Source: an uncultured Solirubrobacteraceae bacterium (GTDB lineage: Bacteria > Actinomycetota > Thermoleophilia > Solirubrobacterales > Solirubrobacteraceae). Taken from it: 64,000 nt of DNA. The notes below the pieces were generated by a model. It ran no database searches. It worked only from the letters and a program-made list of their open reading frames with translations, and was not told where the DNA came from. The DNA lies in NCBI GenBank assembly GCA_963764385.1, contig CAVXSJ010000001.1, forward strand, positions 8,582 to 72,581, given 5' to 3'. Positions 9,278-18,743 of this stretch are shown piece after piece. The stretch's first letter is position 1. Every line of letters begins with the position of its first letter. Both the position numbers and the translations under genes were made by a program.

Positions 9278-10597
9278 ATGGTCCGGGGACTCTTGTTCGC
9301 CGTCGCCGGGCTGCTCCTCCTTGCCCCGGCGGCGTCCGCCGTCCGCCGCGCACCGTGCGTGGAGGGCGCGCAGCGACCGGTGTGCACGTTCTGGGACGCG
9401 AAGGTGAAGTTCATCGCCGACGGAGACACCATCCGCGCCGACGTCGAGGCCGACGGCACCCGGGCGGTCAAGACGATCCGCTTCACCGGGCTCAACGCGA
9501 TGGAGCTGACCCGCTACAGCAAGTACCCGGGCCGCCGCCGCGGCGCGTGCCACGGCCTCGAGGCGACCGCGCTGGTGGAGCGCCACATCCGGCGCTCGAA
9601 GTGGCGGGTGCGGGTCGCGGCGCAGCGGGCGAGCAGCCACAGCAACCGGCGCCAGCGCCGCTCGGTGTGGGTCAAGACCGGCGGGCGGTGGCGCGACCTC
9701 GCGCGGATCGAGATGGCGCAGGGCCTTGCGCTGTGGCTGCCGAACGGGATCGAGACCGCGCACAACCGCGAGTACCTGGCTCTGGCGGAGCGAGCGGCCG
9801 CCGACCGTCGCGGCCTCTACGACCCCGCCGCGTGCGGCGCGGGCCCCGACCAGGACGTCCCGATCGAGGTCTCGGTCAACTGGGACGCGGACGGCAACGA
9901 CGCGGTCAACCTCAACGGGGAGTGGATCGACGTCCACAACGGCGGTCCACGCGAGCTGCGCATCGGCGGCTGGTGGCTGCGCGACTCGTGGCTGCGCATC
10001 GGCCGCGGGCACGTCCCTGGCTACCGCCTGCCCGACTCCGCCGTGATCCCGCCCGGCGGGACGCTGCGGCTGCGCGGCGGGTGCGGGAGCGACACCCCCA
10101 CTGAGCTGCACTGGTGCCTGAAGGAGTCGGCCTTCGAGAACGTCGGCCCGGGCGGGCTCGGCGACGGCGCCTATCTGTTCGATCCGCAGGGCGACCTGCG
10201 CGCGTCGGCGATCTACCCCTGCGTGGTCGCGTGCGTCGATCCCCTCGCCGGGAAGGTGCGCGTGACCGTCCATCCGTCGCGGCCCGAGTCGATCACCATC
10301 GCCAACGTCGGCGGCGAGCCGGTCGACCTCGAGGGCCACACCGTGAAGCTCCACCTCAGCGGCCGGCCCGACGCGTTCGTGTTCGGCTACCCGTTCCGGC
10401 ACGGCTCGGTGATCGCGCCGGGCGAGGCGATGACGGTGCTCCCGCAGGGCTCACCGGACTCCGACACCGCGCTGGTCCGCCACCTGGGCCGCGACGAGTT
10501 CGCGATCGCGGACGGGCGCGGTGCGGTGAGCCTGCGCACCCTCGACGACCAGCTCACCGCCTGCGAAACGTGGGGCGGAGGCCGCTGCTCGGGGTAG
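9278..10597 (+). CDS. Secreted thermonuclease (SNase)-like nuclease with two lamin-tail (LTD) domains
   Basis: ATG 9278 is followed by a signal peptide (MVRGLLFAVAGLLLLAPAASA). SNase-like motifs: IADGDTIRA..., IRFTGLNAMEL, ARIEMAQGLA, ERAAADRRGLY. Two LTD-like repeats follow (NLNGEWIDVHNGGPRELRIGGWWLRD; ITIANVGGEPVDLEGHTVKL). Confidence 0.65.
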   Translation: MVRGLLFAVAGLLLLAPAASAVRRAPCVEGAQRPVCTFWDAKVKFIADGDTIRADVEADGTRAVKTIRFTGLNAMELTRYSKYPGRRRGACHGLEATALVERHIRRSKWRVRVAAQRASSHSNRRQRRSVWVKTGGRWRDLARIEMAQGLALWLPNGIETAHNREYLALAERAAADRRGLYDPAACGAGPDQDVPIEVSVNWDADGNDAVNLNGEWIDVHNGGPRELRIGGWWLRDSWLRIGRGHVPGYRLPDSAVIPPGGTLRLRGGCGSDTPTELHWCLKESAFENVGPGGLGDGAYLFDPQGDLRASAIYPCVVACVDPLAGKVRVTVHPSRPESITIANVGGEPVDLEGHTVKLHLSGRPDAFVFGYPFRHGSVIAPGEAMTVLPQGSPDSDTALVRHLGRDEFAIADGRGAVSLRTLDDQLTACETWGGGRCSG

Positions 10598-10607
10598 GCT
10601 CCCCGCC

Positions 10608-11333
10608 GTGACCGACCCGTCGCAGCTGCGCTCCGCCCTCCAGGCCGGCGGCCCCGTGATCGGCCTGTGGCTGATGATCCCGTCGCCGCTGACCGCCGAG
10701 GCGGCCGCCCGGTCCGGCGCCGGCTACGTCGTCGTCGATCAGCAGCACGGCGCCGTCTCGCCGGAGGCGATGGTCTCGATGCTCGTGGCGATCGAGGCCG
10801 GTGGAGCCCCGTCGCTGGTCCGCGTGGCGCGCAACGAGCCGTTCACCATCGGCAGCGCGCTCGACCTCGGCGCGCACGGCGTGATCGTGCCGATGGTCGA
10901 GGACGGCGAGCAGGCCGCCCGCGCCGTCGCGTCGTGCCGGTACGCCACGGAGGGGATCCGCTCCGTCGGCGCGCTGCGCGCCGCGGGCGGGGAGCCGCTG
11001 TGCCTGGTGATGATCGAGACCCGTGCCGGTCTCGAGCGGGCCGAGGAGATCGCCGCCACGCCCGGCCTGGACGGCATCTACGTCGGCCCGTCGGATCTCG
11101 CGCTCTCGTTCGGGCTGCAGCCCACGATCCGGCTCGAGCACCCGCCGGTGCTGGAGGCGCTCGACACCGTGCGCGAGGTGTGCGCGCGCGCCGGGATCAT
11201 CGCCGGCGTGCACTGCCTGGCCGCCGAGGACGCCGCCCTCTATCGCGACCGCTTCGCGATGCTCACCGCGGGCACCGACATGCCGGCGCTGCGCGACGGC
11301 CTGGCGGCGGCGCTCGCCACGGCCCGCGGCTGA
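10608..11333 (+). CDS. HpcH/HpaI-family aldolase
   Basis: GLWLMIPSPLTAEAAARSGAGYVVVDQQHG, VRVARNEP, GAHGVIVPMVE, MIETRAGLERAEEIAATPGLDGIYVGPSDL. Confidence 0.75.
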   Translation: MTDPSQLRSALQAGGPVIGLWLMIPSPLTAEAAARSGAGYVVVDQQHGAVSPEAMVSMLVAIEAGGAPSLVRVARNEPFTIGSALDLGAHGVIVPMVEDGEQAARAVASCRYATEGIRSVGALRAAGGEPLCLVMIETRAGLERAEEIAATPGLDGIYVGPSDLALSFGLQPTIRLEHPPVLEALDTVREVCARAGIIAGVHCLAAEDAALYRDRFAMLTAGTDMPALRDGLAAALATARG

Positions 11334-11334
11334 G

Positions 11335-12541
11335 GTGGCGCTGCTCGAGCTGATGCGCGGCGCGCCGGGCGCCGGGGCGGCGCTCGCGCGCGCTGGACGG
11401 CGAGCCCGACGTCCACGTGGTCGGCGGGGCGGTCCGCGACGCGATGCTGGGCAACGTGCCGAGGGAGCTCGACTTCGTCGTCGTAGGGGACGCGGTGCCC
11501 GTGGCCCGTCGCGCGGCGGAGCGGCTGGGCGGGGAGGTGGTGGTGCACGAGCGGTTCGGGACCGCGACCGTGCGCGCCGATGCGACGACCTTCGACGTGG
11601 TGTCGGCGCGGACGGAGACCTACGAGCGGCCGGGGGCGCTCCCCGACGTGCGGCCGGGGGCGAGCATCGCGGAGGACCTGTCGCGTCGCGACTTCACCGT
11701 CAACGCGATCGCCTTCCACCTCGACGACGGGGCGCTGACGGCGGTGGACCGAGCGGAGGAGGACCTGGCCGCCAGGCGGCTGCGGGTGCTCCACGACGCC
11801 TCCTTCGAGGACGACCCGACGCGGCTGCTGCGCATGGCCCGCTACGCCGCGCGTCTCGGGTTCGGGCCCGATCCGCACACCGACGCGCTGGCCGCGAAGG
11901 CGACGGTGGACACGGTCAGCGGCGCGCGGCTGGGGTCGGAGCTGCGGCTGCTCCTGCGCGAGCCGCAGCCGGCGGCGCTGTGGGAGCTGAGGCGCCACGA
12001 CCTGGGCGCGCGCGTCGTGCACCCGGACTTCTCGGTCGTCGGGGACAACGTCGCGCGCGTCATCGACATGTGCCCGCCGGACGCGCGTGCGGACCTGGCG
12101 GCGCTGGCGGGCTGCCTGGCCGGGAGGGTGCACCCGCCGCCGCTGCAGGAGCGCCTCGACGCGCTCGAGTTCGACGCCACCTCGCGCGGGATCGTCGTCA
12201 AGGCCGCCGAGGGCGCGCATCTCCTGTGCGATGCGCTCGGCGAAGAGGTGCTCGACGACGCCGAGCTGTGGCGGATGCTGCATCGCATGACGCCCGAGGC
12301 GGTCGCGGTGGCGGGCGCTTTGGAGCCCGGCCGGCCCGCGGAGGCCAACGCGCGCCGCTGGCTCGGCGACGTCCGCACGCGCCGCCTCGACATCACCGGC
12401 GACGACTTCGTCGCCGCCGGCCTCACGGGGCCCGCGGTGGGCGACGCGCTGGAGGCGGCCCAGCTCGCGCTGCTGCGCGGCAAGGCGCGGACGCGCGAGC
12501 TCCAGGTCGCCGCGGGGCTCGAGGCCGTGCGGCCCTCGTAG
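11335..12541 (+). pseudogene. tRNA nucleotidyltransferase / poly(A) polymerase family (CCA-adding type) with one extra base near 11392
   Basis: VVGGAVRDAMLG...DFVV, RRDFTVNAIA and FEDDPTRLLRMARYAARLGF are in the frame of ORF 11417... The expected 20-aa N-terminal lead (VALLELMRGAPGAGAALAR) is in the frame starting at GTG 11335. The length is 3n+1. Confidence 0.7.
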
Positions 12542-12552
12542 GATCGGTCGGG

Positions 12553-13305
12553 ATGGATCGACCTTCGCTCGACGCGCCGTTTCGCTGGGACGGCGAGCAC
12601 ATCGCCGCCGAGCTGCCCGGAGCGCGGGTGCTGTTCTGCACCCGCCACGGCGGCGTGTCCCCGGCGCCGTTCGACTCGCTCAACATCGGGCGCCTGACGG
12701 ACGACGACGGAGCCAACGTGGACGCCAACCGCGAGCGGGTCGCCTCCGCCGTCGGCGTCCCGCGTGAGCGGTTCCTGTACGGCCGCCAGGTCCACGGCAC
12801 GACGGTGCGCCGCGCCACCGAGCCGCCGTCGGACACCCGGCCCGTCGCCGACGAGGACGGCCAGGCCACCACGCTCGACGACGCCGCGGCGCTCGTGTTC
12901 GTCGCCGACTGCCTCCCGGTCCTGCTCGCCGCCGACGGCGCGGTGGCGGCGCTGCACGTCGGCTACCGGCCGCTGGCCGGCCGCATCATCGCCGAGGGCG
13001 TCGCCGCGCTGCGCGAGCTCGGGGCGGACGGCGAGGTACGGGCGGCGATCGGACCCGGCGCGCGCGGCTGCTGCTATGAGGTCGGCGAGGAGGTCCACGA
13101 GCGCTTCGTGGGCGTGCCCGGCGCCCGCGTGGGGGAGCGCAACCTCGACATGCCCGCCGTCGCGCGCGTCCAGCTCGAGGAGGCCGGGGTGGAGGAGGTC
13201 CACGACCTCGGGCTGTGCACGATGTGCCGCAACGACCTGTTCTTCTCCCACCGCGCCGACGGCGGGACCACGGGCCGCCAGGCGGGGGTCGTATGGCGCG
13301 CCTGA
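12553..13305 (+). CDS. pgeF: Peptidoglycan editing factor PgeF / YfiH (DUF152, laccase-domain) family
   Basis: FCTRHGGVS..PFDSLN, QVHG, DCLPVLL, HVGYRPLAGRI, GPGARGCCYEVG, LCTMC...FFSHR. Confidence 0.85.
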   Translation: MDRPSLDAPFRWDGEHIAAELPGARVLFCTRHGGVSPAPFDSLNIGRLTDDDGANVDANRERVASAVGVPRERFLYGRQVHGTTVRRATEPPSDTRPVADEDGQATTLDDAAALVFVADCLPVLLAADGAVAALHVGYRPLAGRIIAEGVAALRELGADGEVRAAIGPGARGCCYEVGEEVHERFVGVPGARVGERNLDMPAVARVQLEEAGVEEVHDLGLCTMCRNDLFFSHRADGGTTGRQAGVVWRA

Positions 13306-13922
13306 TCACCGGCCTCGACGCGGCGCGGGTGCGCGAGAACGCCGAGCGGATCCGCGAGAGGATCGGCGACGCCGAGCTGCTCGCGGCGGTGAAGTACGTC
13401 CCGCTCGAGGAGATGGAGGTGCTCGCCGAGGCCGGCGTGACGCTGCTCGGCGAGAACCGCGCCCAGGACCTCGCCGCCAAGGCCGACGCGCACCCGGGCA
13501 CGTTCCGCTGGCACTTCATCGGCCAGCTCCAGAGCCGCAAGGTCAAGGACATCCTCCCGTACGTGGAGCTGATCCACTCGGTCGCGTCGGACTCGGCGCT
13601 GCGCAAGCTCGAGCAGTACGGGGCGCCGGAGACCGAGGTGCTGGTCGAGGTCAACGTGGCGGGCGACGACGACAAGGCGGGCATCGCGCCGTCCGTGCTG
13701 GGCGAGTTCATCGCCCGCTGCCCCGTCGCCGTCGTCGGGCTGATGACGATGCCCCCGTTCGCCGAGGATCCGGAGGCCAGCCGCCCGCACTTCGCCCGCC
13801 TGCGCGAGCTGGCGGCCGAGCACGGCCTCCGGCACCTCTCGATGGGCACGTCGCAGGACTACGAGGTGGCGGCCGAGGAGGGCGCCACCATCGTCCGCGT
13901 CGGCTCCAGCCTCTACACCTGA
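13293..13922 (+). CDS. yggS: YggS-family pyridoxal-phosphate homeostasis protein
   Basis: LLAAVKYVP, LLGENRAQDL, WHFIGQLQSRKVK, VNVAGDDDKAGI, GLMTMPP, LSMGTSQDYEVAAEEGATIVRVGSSLY. Confidence 0.88.
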   Translation: MARLITGLDAARVRENAERIRERIGDAELLAAVKYVPLEEMEVLAEAGVTLLGENRAQDLAAKADAHPGTFRWHFIGQLQSRKVKDILPYVELIHSVASDSALRKLEQYGAPETEVLVEVNVAGDDDKAGIAPSVLGEFIARCPVAVVGLMTMPPFAEDPEASRPHFARLRELAAEHGLRHLSMGTSQDYEVAAEEGATIVRVGSSLYT

Positions 13923-15136
13923 GCTGCCAATGCGGCCGTCTCGGCCGCGTGCATCGCCGAGACCGCCTCGGCAAGCGCGTCGAAGGGGACGGCGTACGAC
14001 GCGTCGAGGCGCTCCTGCAGCGCCCACCGCTCGCGGTCGAGACGCTCGCCGCCGCCGTGGGCGATCGCGGCGTCGGCGGCGTCGATCGCCGCGCGGAGCT
14101 CGCTGCCGGCGGGCAGCGCCACGTCGACGACGCGCTCCCATGCCGCGGCCGCCTCGCGCCACGCGGCCGCGGCGCCCCGGAGGTCGCGGCCCAGCAGCGT
14201 GGCCGCCTCGTCGAGGAAGTCCGCGTAGAGCCCGCGCAGGTGCGCGCCCCGGCCCGCGTAGGTGTAGATCGAGGCCGTCGCGCTCGCCAGCCCGCGGCCG
14301 TCGTCGAACACCTGCGGCCACGCCTTGGCGCCGCGGCCGGTCAGCATGCGCGCCCACTTCGCCCAGGCCGGCAGCGAGAACGAGTCCGAGCGGGAGGACA
14401 GGTGCTCGACCTGCAGCGCGAGGCCCTCCTCGATCGCGGCGCGCAGCCGGTCGCCGTCGATCTCGACCAGCGCCGGGTCGATCTCGATCAGCCGGTGCTT
14501 GTAGGAGCCCACCCGCGCCCGCGCGGCCGCCAGGCGCTGGGCCGGGACCGCGAGGCGCCCGGACGAGCGGTCGTCGATCAGCACGTCGCCGCCGTCACGG
14601 CCGTATACGACCACCGGGCCGCCGCCGTGGCCGTCGAGCCAGGTGGGGAGGTGGCGATGGCCGAGCTGGTACGGATCGACCCACACGATCGCGGGCAGGC
14701 CGCGATCGAGCACCGCGTCGAGACTCTGCGCCGCGCCCTTGGCGCCGCCGGTCTCGTGGACGTCGGCGTGCAGGCCGAGCCGCTCGGCCGTCTCGGCGGC
14801 CCAGCGCGCCGGGTACTGCCACAGGCGCCGGTGCCCGAGCACCAGCACCCGCGCGTCGTGCTCGCCGAACTCCCACAGGATGTAGCCGGCGCCCAGCCCG
14901 CCGCCGACGCCGAGCACCATCGCCTCGGTCAACGGCTCGCCGGTGTGGGGGGCGACGACGCCCGTGTTGGCGAGCACGTTCGCGTAGGCCGCGGTGTCGG
15001 CGTGCAGGCCGCCACGCAGCTCCCAGGCGTCGCCGGGCGTCTCGCCCGCGACGTGGGCGCGGGCGACGCTGTAGCGCTCGCCCGTGTGGCGCATGCGCTC
15101 GCGTACGAGCGCCTTGAAGTGCTTGCGAGTGGTCAT
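13913..15136 (-). CDS. BtrH-N / DUF4872-like protein (papain-fold peptidase-like, function unknown)
   Basis: 407 aa. The N-terminal LTEAMVLGVGGGLGAGYILWEF segment resembles the BtrH N-terminal domain. The assignment is from memory. Confidence 0.45.
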   Translation of the reverse strand: MTTRKHFKALVRERMRHTGERYSVARAHVAGETPGDAWELRGGLHADTAAYANVLANTGVVAPHTGEPLTEAMVLGVGGGLGAGYILWEFGEHDARVLVLGHRRLWQYPARWAAETAERLGLHADVHETGGAKGAAQSLDAVLDRGLPAIVWVDPYQLGHRHLPTWLDGHGGGPVVVYGRDGGDVLIDDRSSGRLAVPAQRLAAARARVGSYKHRLIEIDPALVEIDGDRLRAAIEEGLALQVEHLSSRSDSFSLPAWAKWARMLTGRGAKAWPQVFDDGRGLASATASIYTYAGRGAHLRGLYADFLDEAATLLGRDLRGAAAAWREAAAAWERVVDVALPAGSELRAAIDAADAAIAHGGGERLDRERWALQERLDASYAVPFDALAEAVSAMHAAETAALAAQV

Positions 15137-15368
15137 GGTCCCTCCACCGGTCCGGGGCCCGCCTCCACGCCTGCGGCGCCCCGCCGGAGCAGGTCGACCG
15201 TTCGTGCCGCTCGTCCCGAGGACATGATCCCCTTTCCCTCCGCGTGGCCGGGTGGCGTGGACACCCGGTCAGGAGGTCAGGCGAGGGACTCGCCCATGGC
15301 GCTCGAGCCTACCGCCTAGAATTGCCCGTTGCAGGGAACTCCGGCTCGACCCCGAACCCTCACGCGAC

Positions 15369-15938
15369 ATGGGCTTCAGCGATACCTGGCACCGCACGCT
15401 CGTCTACTTCGGCCTCGCCGAGGACCGCGATGCTGCCTACGACGAGTACGAAGAGGAGCCGGATCCCCGTGAGCACGAGGAAGAGCTGGAGAGCCGGTAC
15501 CGCGAACGCCCGAACGTACGGCGCCTGCAGTCGCGCCGCCGCCGGGACGAGATCGACGACATCTTCGCCGACGACGCGCCGTCCGAGCGGCGCACCGCGC
15601 AGTTGAAGTCGGTCGGCAGCGGAGGCGGCTCGGTGGCCGCCGGCCGCGCCAACGGGCGCGACGTCCGCGTGCACCTGGTGATCCCCAAGTCCTTCAACGA
15701 CGCCCAGGACGTGGCGGACAAGTTCAAGGAATCGATCCCGGTGATCCTGAACCTCCAGAGCTCCGATGCCGACCTCTCGAAGCGCCTGATCGACTTCGCC
15801 TCCGGTCTCACCTACGCGATGGACGGCGGGATGCAGCGGATCGCCGACAAGGTGTTCCTGCTCACGCCGCGCAACGTCGAGGTGTCGGCCGAGGAGCGCG
15901 CTCGGCTGATCGAGAAGGGCTTCTTCAACCAGTCCTGA
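15369..15938 (+). CDS. sepF: Cell division protein SepF
   Basis: N-terminal MGFSDTWHRTLVYFGL membrane-targeting helix, an acidic linker, and the C-terminal core VHLVIPKSFNDAQDVADKFKESIPVILNL...ADKVFLLTP. Confidence 0.88.
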   Translation: MGFSDTWHRTLVYFGLAEDRDAAYDEYEEEPDPREHEEELESRYRERPNVRRLQSRRRRDEIDDIFADDAPSERRTAQLKSVGSGGGSVAAGRANGRDVRVHLVIPKSFNDAQDVADKFKESIPVILNLQSSDADLSKRLIDFASGLTYAMDGGMQRIADKVFLLTPRNVEVSAEERARLIEKGFFNQS

Positions 15939-16028
15939 GCGCCCGGATCGGGCCTTCGGCCTCCCCGGATCGCTCACAAGGGGGTTGTGACACCGCTTCG
16001 CTTACCTGCGGCTCGTAAGCTGCGGCGC

Positions 16029-16784
16029 ATGGAAGTTGGCTTCATCGGCTCCGGCAACATGGCCTCCGCGCTCGCGCGCGGCTGGGGCGATCCCGTGTTG
16101 TGCACCGACTCCGGCTCCGGCCGCGCGGCCGCGCTGGCCGCCGAGCTCGGGGGCGAGGCGCTGGGGAGCAACCGTCAGCTGGCCGAGCGCGCCGACGTGG
16201 TCGTGCTCGCCCACAAGCCCCGCCAGCTGGCCGACGTGGCGGCTGAGATCGCCGGCACGGCCAAGGGCGTCGTCTCGATCCTCGGCGACGTCCCGCTGGC
16301 CGACCTCCGCGCCGCCTATCCCGGCACGCCCGTGTTCCGCCTGGAGCCGAACACGCCGTCCGAGGTCGGCCGCGGCGTGCTGGCCTTCGCGGAGCCCGAC
16401 GAGCCCGTCGACGAGGCGCTGCACACCGAGTTGCTCGAACGCTTCGGGCGCCTGGGCACCGTGGTCGAGGTGCCCGAGCGGCTGCTGGGCGTCGCGGGCG
16501 CCTGCTCCGGGGTCGCGCCCGCGTACTGGGCAGTGTTCGTGGAGGCCTGGGTCGACGCCGCGGTGCGGCAGGGGCTGCCGGTCGCCACGGCGTCGACGCT
16601 CGTCACCGAGGGCATGGCCGGCACCGCCGAGCTGCTGAGCCGCCGCTACGACGGCGACACGCTCGGGTTGCGGCGCGCGGTCGCCTCGCCGGGCGGGTCG
16701 ACGGCGCGGGGGCTCGCGGCGCTCGACCGCCACGGCGTGCGCACGGCGCTCGCCGAGGCGATGGACGAAGTGATGGACGGCTGA
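16029..16784 (+). CDS. proC: Pyrroline-5-carboxylate reductase
   Basis: VGFIGSGNMASALARG, VVVLAHKP, EPNTPSEVGRGV, ASPGGSTARGLAAL. ATG 16029 was chosen over the upstream in-frame start at 15987. Confidence 0.85.
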   Translation: MEVGFIGSGNMASALARGWGDPVLCTDSGSGRAAALAAELGGEALGSNRQLAERADVVVLAHKPRQLADVAAEIAGTAKGVVSILGDVPLADLRAAYPGTPVFRLEPNTPSEVGRGVLAFAEPDEPVDEALHTELLERFGRLGTVVEVPERLLGVAGACSGVAPAYWAVFVEAWVDAAVRQGLPVATASTLVTEGMAGTAELLSRRYDGDTLGLRRAVASPGGSTARGLAALDRHGVRTALAEAMDEVMDG

Positions 16785-17074
16785 TGGAGGTCCGTCAGGA
16801 GATCGCCGACTTCGTGGGGGCCCTGATCGGGGTCTACTCGATCTGCATCATCGCCTGGGTCGTGATCTCGTTCGTGTTCTCGCTCGGCGTCCGCGTCCCG
16901 TACAACCGCTTCACCAACGTGATCATGGACTTCCTGCGCGACGTGTCCGAGCCGTTCCTGCGGATCTTCCGCCGGCTCGGCCTGCGGGTCGGCCCGCTCG
17001 ACCTGAGCCCGATCGTCGCCCTGCTCACCCTGAGCATCGGCGGACGCATCATCGTCGGCCTGATCGCCCCGTGA
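16784..17074 (+). CDS. YggT-family membrane protein
   Basis: 96 aa with two TM helices and the PLDLSPIVALL motif. It sits in the conserved sepF-neighbourhood position. Confidence 0.75.
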   Translation: MEVRQEIADFVGALIGVYSICIIAWVVISFVFSLGVRVPYNRFTNVIMDFLRDVSEPFLRIFRRLGLRVGPLDLSPIVALLTLSIGGRIIVGLIAP

Positions 17075-17541
17075 ACCGCGGCGGGGCGCTCCTGCGCGCC
17101 ATCGCGGTGGCGGTGGTGGTGCTCGTGCTCGACCAGGGCACCAAGGCGCTCGTGCGCGGCTCGATCGACCGCGGCGAGCGGATCGACGTGCTCCCCGGCG
17201 TCGATCTGATCAACACCCGCAACACCGGCGTGGCGTTCGGCCTGTTCAGCGGCGGCGGGGCGATCGTGGCGATCGTGGCGGCGCTGGCGCTGGTCGGCCT
17301 GCTGGCGTTCTTCGTCACCCACCTGGGTCGCCGGCTCGTGTGGCTGCCGACCGGGCTGCTGGTCGGCGGCGCGGCGGGCAACCTGATCGACCGCGCGCGG
17401 CAGGGGTACGTGACCGACTTCGTCGACCTCCCGCTGTGGCCGGCCTTCAACGTCGCCGACACCGCGATCACGATCGGCGTGCTCACCTTGCTCTACGTCC
17501 TCGAGGGGCCACCCAGCCGTGGATCTGCCGGTCGGACCTGA
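17071..17541 (+). CDS. lspA: Lipoprotein signal peptidase II
   Basis: LDQGTKALV, NTGVAFG, GGAAGNLIDR, VTDFVD, FNVADTAITIG. Confidence 0.88.
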   Translation: MNRGGALLRAIAVAVVVLVLDQGTKALVRGSIDRGERIDVLPGVDLINTRNTGVAFGLFSGGGAIVAIVAALALVGLLAFFVTHLGRRLVWLPTGLLVGGAAGNLIDRARQGYVTDFVDLPLWPAFNVADTAITIGVLTLLYVLEGPPSRGSAGRT

Positions 17542-18406
17542 GCACGCCGGGGAGCGGCTCGACGTCTTCCTCGCGCGCACGGCCGGCTCGCGCACGGCCG
17601 CTCAGCGGCTGATCGAGGGCGGCGTCGTGCTCGTCGACGGGCGCCCGCGTCCCAAGCGGCACGCGGTCAGCGCGGGGGAGACGGTCAGCGTCGGCGAGCT
17701 GGCCGCGGAGCCCGAGCCCGAGGCGCCGCCGGCCACGTTCGGCGTCGCGTGGGAGGACGAGCACCTGCTGGTGGTCGACAAGCCGCCGGGCGTCGTGGTG
17801 CACCCCGGCGCCGGGCATCGCAGCGGCACGCTCGTGCAGGCGCTCGCCGGGCGGGTGGCGGGCGGGCCTGACCCCGAGCGTCCCGGCGTCGTGCACCGGT
17901 TGGACCGCGACACCTCCGGCCTGCTCGTGCTGTCGCGCTCCGACGAGGTCCACGCGGCGCTGGTCGCGGCGTTGCAGGCGCGCGACATCACCCGCGAGTA
18001 CCTCGCGCTGGTGGAAGGCCGCCCCGGCGCGCGGCGCGGCACCATCGACGCCCCGCTGGGCCGCGACCGCCACGTGCGCACGCGCATGAGCACCGACGCC
18101 GACGAGCCGCGCGAGGCGGTCACCCACTTCGAGTCCGAGCGCAACCTCCGCTCGGCGACGCTGCTGCGCGTGCGGCTCGAGACCGGCCGCACCCACCAGA
18201 TCCGCGCCCACCTGCAGGCGATCGGCCATCCGGTGCTCGGCGACCCCGAGTACGGCGGGGTGGGTGGGGGCGGTGTCCTCGGCCTGCGGCGGCAGTTCCT
18301 GCACGCTACGCGGCTCGCGTTCCCACACCCGGTGACGGGCGAGGCCCTGGACCTCGTCTCGCCGCTCCCCGCGGACCTCGCGGCGGCGCTCGAAGCGGCT
18401 GCTTAG
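17519..18406 (+). CDS. rluD: RluA-family 23S rRNA pseudouridine synthase (RluD-like)
   Basis: S4-like N-terminus (GERLDVFLAR), VVDKPPGVVVHPG, HRLDRDTSGLLV, ETGRTHQIRAHL, LHA. Confidence 0.85.
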   Translation: MDLPVGPEHAGERLDVFLARTAGSRTAAQRLIEGGVVLVDGRPRPKRHAVSAGETVSVGELAAEPEPEAPPATFGVAWEDEHLLVVDKPPGVVVHPGAGHRSGTLVQALAGRVAGGPDPERPGVVHRLDRDTSGLLVLSRSDEVHAALVAALQARDITREYLALVEGRPGARRGTIDAPLGRDRHVRTRMSTDADEPREAVTHFESERNLRSATLLRVRLETGRTHQIRAHLQAIGHPVLGDPEYGGVGGGGVLGLRRQFLHATRLAFPHPVTGEALDLVSPLPADLAAALEAAA

Positions 18407-18473
18407 CCTGGATTCACCGATGATCCGCGACCGGCCACGGTGGCGAGACGCCACGGGGATCGGTGAATTCAGG
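18407..18473 (+). terminator. Long imperfect hairpin of 67 nt immediately after the rluD stop
   Basis: CCTGGATTCACCGAT (18407-18421) pairs with ATCGGTGAATTCAGG (18459-18473) with one mismatch. An inner stem GTGGCG-AGA-CGCCAC is present. There is no T-tract. Confidence 0.4.
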
Positions 18474-18743
18474 CTTTACGCGCGGCAGGGCGGTTCTGGG
18501 AACCGCCCCACCGGCCAGGAAAGCGAACCGATCCACCGGAGGTAGGGGAAGGAGGGCCGGCTCGCTGAGGGTTCCAACGAAGGGCTGCGTGGGAACTTGC
18601 CTAAACTGTCCTGGAATTCATCACTCCAACCCCGGGCGGCGGCACATGACGCCACCTGAGCAGCGGACCCTGCCGGGCACAAGCCTGGTCCCGCACCGCT
18701 CTTCGCCCGGGCCGTGTCACCAAATCGAAAAGGGAGCATCACC

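Noticed and set aside
15939-16028. Direct repeat CCCGGATCG (two copies) and a small GGCC-TTC-GGCC hairpin after sepF as a terminator or regulatory element.
   Set aside because: The stem is only 4 bp. It is too weak to call.
18714-18743. The upstream ATG 18714 as the rpsB start.
   Set aside because: GTG 18744 is preceded by AAGGGAG at the proper spacing and yields the canonical S2 N-terminus. The 10 extra residues have no counterpart in S2.
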